Source: Deltaproteobacteria bacterium UBA2957
GTDB lineage: Bacteria; Myxococcota_A; UBA796
DNA length: 38,950 bases
Assembly: GCA_002348535.1 (NCBI GenBank)
Contig: DEBL01000088.1
Span: 1-38,950, forward strand
Direction of reading: 5' to 3'
The notes below the pieces were generated by a model. That model was given only the letters and a program-made list of their open reading frames with translations. It was not told the origin of the DNA and searched no databases. Below, piece by piece: positions 9,534-15,979 of the stretch. Each line of letters begins with the position of its first letter. Position 1 is the stretch's first letter. The position numbers and the translations under genes were made by a program.

Positions 9534-9567
9534 AATTTATAAATTACTAATATTACTAATTAATATT
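9534..9567. promoter_or_regulatory. AT-rich palindrome/repeat block in the divergent LysM/CDF control region (candidate operator or UP element)
   Basis: A perfect 12-bp palindrome AATTTATAAATT lies at 9534-9545. A tandem 9-bp repeat ATTACTAAT lies at 9543-9551 and 9552-9560. An inverted repeat AATATTA-N5-TAATATT lies at 9549-9567. Positions 9532-9567 are 34 of 36 A/T in an otherwise GC-rich window. Confidence 0.4.
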
Positions 9568-9660
9568 GGTTTTAAGACGGCTTTTTGAATCGTCCTCGCT
9601 GCGGTTTGATCTACAAATCCACGATTCCTCGTTACGGTTGACAGCACGGAGGTATCCACC

Positions 9661-10668
9661 ATGGCCAGCGGAAGTGCAAAAGCCGTCTATGCAGCAATCG
9701 GCGCAAATTCTGTGATCACAGTGACGAAGCTCACTGCCTTTGCTTACACCGGGTCTGGAGCCATGCTGTCCGAAGGCATACACTCCGCTGCCGATGTCTT
9801 GAATCAGACCTTGCTCGCGCTCGGAATCAAGAAAGCAAAGAAGGGGGCAGACGAAGACCACCCCTATGGCTACGGCCGCGACGCCTTTGTTTGGGCGATG
9901 ATCAGCGCCGTCGGGATCTTTTTCTTGGGGTGTGGTTTCACGCTGTACCACGGAATTCATTCGTTGATGCACCCGGAGGCCCCTGAGAAAATCCACATTG
10001 CTGCGGGTGTCCTCTTGTTCTCATTCGTGCTTGAGATGTGGACGCTCTGGGTGGCCTACAAAGCCGTAAAACAGTCTGCTGAGGAACTGAACATTTCGTT
10101 CCGTCAGTACCTCAAAGAGGGACCGGATCCGATGGCTGTGGCCGTCCTTCTGGAGGATGCCGCTGCGGTCACTGGCGTCATGCTGGCAGGCGCCAGCATT
10201 GGACTGTACGTAATTACTGGCAACCCAATATGGGACGCAATCGGTTCGATCATCATCGCCCTGCTCCTCGGTGCAGTCGCGATTTTCTTGGTCGTAAAGA
10301 ACCGTAAGGCTCTGCTGGGCCAAACGGTCGCACCCAACCAACAGGCCGGTGTCATGAGTGTTTTGGCCTCCGCGACTGCCGTCGAGTCTGTGCACGACGT
10401 CAAAGCCACCGTAATGAGCGCTGACAGCTTCCGATTCAAGGCTGAGGTGGACTTTGATGGACGGGCCATCGCGGCATCGTGGCTGGCATCGCAAGACATT
10501 CAGTCACTGTATGCGGAGGCATCTGCGGATGCTGCCGCATTTGAATCCTTTCTCGTTCAATTCGGTGAACAGATGACGGACGCTCTTGGAGAAGAGATTG
10601 ATCGCCTTGAGCAGGCCATCCAAAAGGCAGTTCCCGCCGCCAAACACGTTGACTTGGAGTCAGACTGA
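9661..10668 (+). CDS. Cation diffusion facilitator (CDF) family metal efflux transporter
   Basis: GGAGG lies 8 nt upstream of the ATG. The N-terminus AIGANSVITVTKLTAFAYTGSGAMLSEGIHSAADVLNQ...HPYGYGR is typical of CDF TM1-TM2 with an HxxxD site. LLEDAAAVTG lies in TM5. A C-terminal cytoplasmic domain follows. Confidence 0.9.
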   Translation: MASGSAKAVYAAIGANSVITVTKLTAFAYTGSGAMLSEGIHSAADVLNQTLLALGIKKAKKGADEDHPYGYGRDAFVWAMISAVGIFFLGCGFTLYHGIHSLMHPEAPEKIHIAAGVLLFSFVLEMWTLWVAYKAVKQSAEELNISFRQYLKEGPDPMAVAVLLEDAAAVTGVMLAGASIGLYVITGNPIWDAIGSIIIALLLGAVAIFLVVKNRKALLGQTVAPNQQAGVMSVLASATAVESVHDVKATVMSADSFRFKAEVDFDGRAIAASWLASQDIQSLYAEASADAAAFESFLVQFGEQMTDALGEEIDRLEQAIQKAVPAAKHVDLESD

Positions 10669-10967
10669 TGCACACCGCTCTCGATGAAGCCGCGATTCAC
10701 ACTCATCTTTCCACGTTGGCGCCACCCTGGACCTTGAATGCGTCCGGACACCTGAGCGCTGGATACGCATTCGCAACCTTCAGACACGCCCTGACCTTCG
10801 CCAATGCGGTCGGAGACCTTGCCGACCAAGCCGACCATCACCCTGACCTTCATGTTGGCTGGGGGCGCTGCACGGTGGAACTGTGGACTCACGATGCGGG
10901 TGGGCTGACCGCAGCAGACTTTGCATTGGCCCGAGCAATTTCCGAGTGCTACGACGCCTTGCCGTAG
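10668..10967 (+). CDS. Pterin-4a-carbinolamine dehydratase (PCD/DCoH family)
   Basis: The ATG overlaps the CDF TGA as TGATG. The full PCD signature is present: DQADHHPDLHVGWGRCTVELWTHDAGGLTAAD. The 99-aa size is typical. Confidence 0.9.
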   Translation: MHTALDEAAIHTHLSTLAPPWTLNASGHLSAGYAFATFRHALTFANAVGDLADQADHHPDLHVGWGRCTVELWTHDAGGLTAADFALARAISECYDALP

Positions 10968-11221
10968 ACTTCTGCGACAATTTTTCGGACCCGTGCGGGA
11001 CTGACTGCGGGCTGCCCAGACACGGAGTATGCCCACGCCAGATTGCCAAGACAACGATGAACGGCGTCGGCCTTCGCGTAGCCCAATCGGCGCATTAACT
11101 GCGCGCGCGTGCGCACATCGAGTTCCGTCGATGTGCGACGTTCGCTCTCATTACCCGCCGGTGCGGTGTCTTCGTTTTCGTCCATCCAGCAAAAAGGCAT
11201 TGGTCCGTCCTCCGCACTCAT
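10949..11221 (-). CDS. Small hypothetical protein with possible helix-turn-helix segment
   Basis: This is an ORF with plausible codon usage. The segment RAQLMRRLGYAKADAVHRCLGNL looks HTH-like. The start is uncertain (ATG 11221 or 11248). Its 3' end overlaps the PCD gene by 19 nt. I recognise no family. Confidence 0.35.
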   Translation of the reverse strand: MSAEDGPMPFCWMDENEDTAPAGNESERRTSTELDVRTRAQLMRRLGYAKADAVHRCLGNLAWAYSVSGQPAVSPARVRKIVAEVYGKAS

Positions 11222-11306
11222 CCTCACCCATACACCCAATCGTTGCAAACACGACAGTCCATGTCTCCCATAAATCAGTTAGAAGGTTCGCGATTCAGGG
11301 TAAACC

Positions 11307-11828
11307 ATGACTGCAACTGATACTCTCGCCTCCATGTTCATCTTCAAGGGTGTGCCAAAGGCGGCACTGCAGGAAATCTGTTCAATGGCTCCTCCGGTCA
11401 GTTTCAAGCCCGGTGTGACCGTCTTTAATCAAGGAGATGAATCAGATGTCGCACTGCTGCTGATCGATGGAAAGCTGGGTGTCGAGGTCTCGAGTGCTGG
11501 GCAGCACCGTGAAGTCGGACAAATCAATGTGGGTGAGATTGTTGGGGAAACCGCTCTTTTTGCCCGCGGTGGAAAGCGCAGCGCAACCGTTCGGGCCCTG
11601 CAGAGCAGTCAATGCCTCCTCATCAATCGGGATTTGCTAAACAATGCCGCCAAGAACGACGCCTTGATTGCGATCGAGCGCCACCTCCTCGCAACTCTCG
11701 CTCGACGCATCCGACGAACCAACCAAGAAACCGCAAAGCTCTGGAAAGAATTCGGAATGCAAGAGGCCCCTTCCGCTGCGTCTTCCGGATTTGTGACCAA
11801 GCTTAAGAAACTCTTTGGAGGTGGCTGA
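11307..11828 (+). CDS. Stand-alone cyclic-nucleotide-binding (CAP_ED) domain protein
   Basis: FIFKGVPKAALQEI...FNQGDESDVALLLIDGKL... is followed by a canonical phosphate-binding cassette, GETALFARGGKRSATVRAL. There is no DNA-binding or enzymatic output domain. Confidence 0.85.
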   Translation: MTATDTLASMFIFKGVPKAALQEICSMAPPVSFKPGVTVFNQGDESDVALLLIDGKLGVEVSSAGQHREVGQINVGEIVGETALFARGGKRSATVRALQSSQCLLINRDLLNNAAKNDALIAIERHLLATLARRIRRTNQETAKLWKEFGMQEAPSAASSGFVTKLKKLFGGG

Positions 11829-12517
11829 TGCAGCGCATTTCTCCCGCAGATGCCGACCGACTTGCCAAGCGGATCGTTTCTCACCATTCATTCCCTGGAG
11901 CAAGCCACGCCGCGATCGAGCGCGTTCTGAACCACGGTGAGTTGCAGCATTTCGACCACGGGACAACCCTCTGTGGGGAAAGTCAGCCTGGCAACGAACT
12001 CTTCTTCCTCGTCCGGGGAAACATCACCGTTCTCCGTAAGGGCGGCGATGGAACCGATCGGGTCATCAGCGATATGACATGCCCCAACGTATTCGGACAC
12101 ATGTCGGTCATCGACGGATCGGTTCGGTCCGCGACCTGCAGAGCCAACGGACCGGTTGAGGTTGTGGTTCTTCCCAGACAAATTGTCGACCGCCTGATCA
12201 GCGAGGGCTCGGTGGCCGGGGTGGCCCTGCGTCGCCTTCTGATTGCGAGTCTCTGTGACCAGCTCTCCCATGCCAATGGCTTTGTGCGTAAACTCGTACT
12301 CGACCACTCGGGTCTACCCAATACGCCGACAACACCCACCCCATCGACATCCAAGGAATCGCCTCCCTCATCCCACGATGAGAGCCTTCGGACCCTGACG
12401 GCCAAGCTCGGCGGTTGGGACACGAATCTGCAGGACTTGGACGAACTTGAGAAAGAAGTCGAGTTCGTAATGGATGAAGATCAAAAGCGAACCCTCGACG
12501 CGCGCTACCGGAGCTAA
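11828..12517 (+). CDS. Cyclic-nucleotide-binding domain protein with variant phosphate-binding cassette and low-complexity C-terminal tail
   Basis: The ATG overlaps the upstream TGA as TGATG. ELFFLVRGNITVL...FGHMSVIDGSVRSATCRAN has the CNB fold pattern. The tail is P/T/S-rich (PNTPTTPTPSTSKESPPSS) and ends in an acidic helix. Confidence 0.8.
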   Translation: MQRISPADADRLAKRIVSHHSFPGASHAAIERVLNHGELQHFDHGTTLCGESQPGNELFFLVRGNITVLRKGGDGTDRVISDMTCPNVFGHMSVIDGSVRSATCRANGPVEVVVLPRQIVDRLISEGSVAGVALRRLLIASLCDQLSHANGFVRKLVLDHSGLPNTPTTPTPSTSKESPPSSHDESLRTLTAKLGGWDTNLQDLDELEKEVEFVMDEDQKRTLDARYRS

Positions 12518-12524
12518 GCCCAAC

Positions 12525-13136
12525 TCAGCCGCAATGAACCGAGTCGCCGATGGCTATTACGCCGCCATCGAGTACCGTCATGTATACCCCCCGAATTCGA
12601 TGGTTCTCCGCCGCCATCACGAACGCAGCATGGCCAAATCGAGCCCGAAATCGGTCGCATGGAACATGAGGCGTTGAACTGACACGCAACACCGCCCCTC
12701 CAATCTGAACGCGACAGCCCTCCGGAAGTGCCCGCTCGCGAATGTCCAAATCGGTGAATAGATTGTCGCCGAATAACGCAATGGACTGCTGGTTGGCGAT
12801 GCGCGCGGCCACATGCACGTTCATCATCGACACTTGGTCGCCTCGATGCGCCTTGCCTGCCGACCAGCGGTCCCCAAGGAGCCCTCCGGTTGTCGACAAC
12901 TCCGCGGTCGCTGGCTGGCTTCGCCCTCCTTCCGCGCGCCGAAGGACAATGGCCTCGAGGCATCCTGCAGGGGTTGCAAACAAGTCTTCGGCCTCACCCA
13001 AGGCGACCAAAAGTTCCTCGCGATCCAGATGCCGTTTCGGGTCTCCAACCAACGCTGCATCCCCAAACGGCACCCGAGCCCACACTCTCGTTGTCTCACT
13101 CACGACACGACCCCACCGCCGCAGGGTAGCACCCAT
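12525..13136 (-). CDS. MOSC domain-containing protein (YiiM-like)
   Basis: GDQVSMMN...ALFGDNLFTDLDI...GCRVQIGGAVLRVSSTPHVPCDRF...RGVYMTVLDGGVIAIGDSV matches the MOSC beta-barrel pattern, including the conserved Cys. Confidence 0.85.
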   Translation of the reverse strand: MGATLRRWGRVVSETTRVWARVPFGDAALVGDPKRHLDREELLVALGEAEDLFATPAGCLEAIVLRRAEGGRSQPATAELSTTGGLLGDRWSAGKAHRGDQVSMMNVHVAARIANQQSIALFGDNLFTDLDIRERALPEGCRVQIGGAVLRVSSTPHVPCDRFRARFGHAAFVMAAENHRIRGVYMTVLDGGVIAIGDSVHCG

Positions 13137-13379
13137 AGAACCGCTGCACCACAGCCTCCGATGGAATGATGAACCTCGATTCCGGGTTTGACTGGTCTGA
13201 ATATCTACCCATTATTTCGACTCCGCTGGGGCGTGATTCACCAAACACCTGCTCTCCGCCTCGTTCCGTCGCCCCCGAAGCTTGCAGTGCAGCGGCCAAT
13301 CTGACACCATTCGACCGTTCATGTACTTCACATCACACGGCACCCCGTTAAGCGAAAGACAAGTACCCGGAGTTTCCGA

Positions 13380-15503
13380 GTGTCCAACTCACTGAAAAAG
13401 TCGCTGACCCTCTACGATGTGTTCGCGATCAGCACAGGAGCCATGTTCAGTTCGGGGTTCTTCCTGTTGCCCGGGATTGCGGCCGCCCAAACGGGTCCAT
13501 CGGTAATTCTTGCCTATTTTGTCGCGGGCATCATGATCATACCGGCAATGCTGAGCAAGGCCGAGTTGACAGCAGCGATGCCCAAGGCAGGCGGAAGCTA
13601 CTACTTTATCGAGCGGGCCATGGGACCCCTGATCGGAACGATCGGGGGTCTGGGCACTTGGCTTTCCCTCGTCTTCAAAACCGCGTTCGCGCTCATCGGG
13701 ATGGGTGCGTACCTCGCAATCTTTGTTGAGCTTCCGGTCAAGCCGCTCGCCATCGGCTTGACCATCGCCTTTATGGCTCTCAATGTGGTCGGCGCAAAAG
13801 AGTCCAGCGGCCTTCAGCGCATCCTCGTTACCGTCCTGTTGGCGGTCTTGGGGTTCTTCATTGCCCAAGGACTTTATTTTGTCGCCGGTCGGCCGGAGGC
13901 TACCCAAACGCTCAGCGAGATGGGGCCCTTCTTCCGATCGGGTGTTGAAGGCTTTATGGGAACCGTCGGACTGGTGTTCGTCTCGTATGCGGGACTCACA
14001 AAAGTCTCCAGTGTCGCTGAAGAGGTCGAAAATCCTGACCGTGTAATTCCACTGGGGATGCTGCTGTCGATCGCTGTGGCCACCACTGTCTACTGCATCG
14101 GTGTCGCCGTGATGATGTGGGTTCTCGAACCTCAAGCCTTCCAGAGCGATCTCACCCCGGTCGCGAGCGCAGCACAGGTTCTGTTTGACTGGATGCCCGA
14201 GGGCGTTGGCGTGGGCCTCGCCGTCGCGGCAGCGGTGGCTGCGTTCGCATCCACTGGGAACGCCGGTATCATGTCTGCATCGCGGTATCCGCTGGCCATG
14301 GCGCGCGACCGTCTCGTTCCTCGAGTCTTCACCCACATCGGACGATTCTCGACACCGACGATGGGCATCTTGGCGACCGGAGTGCTCATGGTGCTCACCA
14401 TCGTATTCGTAGATGTCTCAACGGTGGCCAAGCTTGGAAGTGCGTTCCAGCTTGTCATCTTCGGGCTCATCAACCTGTGCGTGATTGTGATGCGGGAGAG
14501 CCAACTCAAGTACTATCACCCGGGTTTCCGGTCGCCGTTTTACCCTTGGGTTCAGATCGCTGGAATGATCATTCCGGTGTGGCTCATCTCTGAAATGGGT
14601 TGGCTGCCCTCTCTCATGAGCACAATCCTCGTGGTTCTGTGCATCGCCTGGTATCACTTTTTCGCACGCGGACGGGTCGAGCGATACGGCGCGGTGCACC
14701 ACGTATTCGAGCGACTGGGTCGGGTTCGCAGCGTGTCGGTTGACAAAGAACTGCGAACGATCTTGGGCGAAAAGGGACTCCGCGAAGAAGACCTGTACGA
14801 AGAAGTCATCGCCGGAGCACCGGTGCTCGACTACACCAAGCACATGAGCTTCGAGAACATCGTCCGCGACGTGTGCTCTCAAATCGGCAAGGCAGAAGGC
14901 ATCGACGAGGAAGAACTTTACGATGGCTTTGTCTTGGAGTCACGCGCCGGACTCATGCCGCTCGACCACGGAATCGCCGCTCCCAACATGCGCCACCACG
15001 ACGTTGCGCACCCAAGAATGGTGCTGGTCCGATCGAAAAAAGGCATCGAAATCGATCTCTCCGAGTCCTTCGGTCACCTCGAACTGGACGAGCCAGTACG
15101 CGCTTTCGTGTTCTTGGTGAGCCCAGAACGCCACCTCGGCCCCCATCTGCGAAGTGTCGCTCAGATTGTGACGACCATCGATGCGCCTGATTTTCTCGAG
15201 CGGTGGATTGCCTGCGAGACCGACGAAGAAATGCGCGCACTTCTCCTTCGCGATGAACGGTTTTTGCAGGTCACAGTGCACAAAGATGGCACAGGCGATG
15301 AACTGGTCGGTAGCCGACTCCGTGACCCAAACTTTCCGGCTGGAGTGCTCGTCGCTCTGGTTCATCGGGACGACACCTCATTCGTACCGACCGGCGACGA
15401 GATCATTCAGGAGGGGGACCGACTGACGATCATCGGCAACCCCGGCACGGTTGAAGGCCTGCGTCGGCACTTCGAAGACGAACCGGACAAACCACAGGAA
15501 TAG
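13380..15503 (+). CDS. APC-superfamily amino acid permease fused to an EIIA(Ntr)-like domain and a TrkA_C (RCK_C) domain
   Basis: GTG 13380 has GGAG 9 nt upstream. The N-terminal ~450 aa are polytopic, with LTLYDVFAISTGAMFSSGFFLLPG...AELTAAMPKAGGSYYF. Residues ~480-620 resemble PTS_EIIA_2 (ESRAGLMPLDHGIAAPNMR...VRAFVFLVSP...HLRSVAQI). The C-terminus VLVALVHRDDTSFVPTGDEIIQEGDRLTIIGNP matches TrkA_C. Confidence 0.9.
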   Translation: MSNSLKKSLTLYDVFAISTGAMFSSGFFLLPGIAAAQTGPSVILAYFVAGIMIIPAMLSKAELTAAMPKAGGSYYFIERAMGPLIGTIGGLGTWLSLVFKTAFALIGMGAYLAIFVELPVKPLAIGLTIAFMALNVVGAKESSGLQRILVTVLLAVLGFFIAQGLYFVAGRPEATQTLSEMGPFFRSGVEGFMGTVGLVFVSYAGLTKVSSVAEEVENPDRVIPLGMLLSIAVATTVYCIGVAVMMWVLEPQAFQSDLTPVASAAQVLFDWMPEGVGVGLAVAAAVAAFASTGNAGIMSASRYPLAMARDRLVPRVFTHIGRFSTPTMGILATGVLMVLTIVFVDVSTVAKLGSAFQLVIFGLINLCVIVMRESQLKYYHPGFRSPFYPWVQIAGMIIPVWLISEMGWLPSLMSTILVVLCIAWYHFFARGRVERYGAVHHVFERLGRVRSVSVDKELRTILGEKGLREEDLYEEVIAGAPVLDYTKHMSFENIVRDVCSQIGKAEGIDEEELYDGFVLESRAGLMPLDHGIAAPNMRHHDVAHPRMVLVRSKKGIEIDLSESFGHLELDEPVRAFVFLVSPERHLGPHLRSVAQIVTTIDAPDFLERWIACETDEEMRALLLRDERFLQVTVHKDGTGDELVGSRLRDPNFPAGVLVALVHRDDTSFVPTGDEIIQEGDRLTIIGNPGTVEGLRRHFEDEPDKPQE

Positions 15504-15524
15504 AACTCTGGCCGCTGCAGAGGT

Positions 15525-15974
15525 TCAGTGCGTCCCTGTGGAGCCAAACCCCGACTCCCCTCGTTCGGTGTCATCGAGGTCTACTGTTGGTTCAACGGAA
15601 AGCTGTGGAGCCGGTGCGAGGACCATCTGGGCAATCCGCATTCCGCGCTCGATCGCTATCGGTTCCGGTCCAAGGTTGATCAGGAGGACTTTGAGTTCGC
15701 CGCGGTAGTCCGAGTCTATTGTCCCGGGAGCATTCGGAATGCTGAGGCCTTGGCGCAAAGCCAACCCAGATCGGGGACGTATCTGACCCTCCCACCCATG
15801 CGGAATGGCGATGCGTAGACCCGTTGGAACCGCTCGGCGCTCCATCGGTGCCAGCGTGAAGGCTTCCGCCGCGCGTAGGTCGAGCCCAGCAGAGCCGGGA
15901 GTTGCATATGCAGGAAGGTCCAAGCCCTCCCCATGGGGGAGCACTTGGACCTTCAGAGGCGGAAGCCCAGTCAT
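15525..15974 (-). CDS. dut: dUTP diphosphatase
   Basis: AGLDLRA, PTGLRIAIP, GQIRPRSGLA, PGTIDSDYRGE and RGESGFGSTG are the five dUTPase motifs. Confidence 0.95.
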   Translation of the reverse strand: MTGLPPLKVQVLPHGEGLDLPAYATPGSAGLDLRAAEAFTLAPMERRAVPTGLRIAIPHGWEGQIRPRSGLALRQGLSIPNAPGTIDSDYRGELKVLLINLGPEPIAIERGMRIAQMVLAPAPQLSVEPTVDLDDTERGESGFGSTGTH

Positions 15975-15979
15975 CCCTT

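Noticed and set aside
9556-9996. A 146-aa minus-strand ORF spanning the AT-rich block and the start of the CDF gene.
   Set aside because: It overlaps the well-supported CDF coding region, has no motif support, and begins inside that gene.
13137-13379. The 243-bp divergent gap upstream of the amino acid permease, examined for a riboswitch (glycine, lysine or similar) or a small RNA.
   Set aside because: I could not match any riboswitch core I know. A GGAGAG-like and a CGAAGGGGC-like element occur only on the wrong strand and in the wrong order. An Rfam scan would be needed to exclude one.
13389-14336. A 315-aa minus-strand ORF inside the permease gene. Similar internal antisense or alternate-frame ORFs occur at 891-1844, 3596-4276, 5167-5985, 6191-7075, 19154-19837, 20891-21523, 24608-25336, 28936-29655, 35523-36210 and 36781-37485.
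   Set aside because: All lie within confidently assigned genes on the other strand or in another frame. All have arginine-rich or otherwise atypical composition and no motifs.
15504-15524. A short imperfect hairpin (CTCTG...CAGAG) between the convergent permease and dut genes.
   Set aside because: It has only a 5-bp stem and no U-tract, which is too weak to call a terminator.
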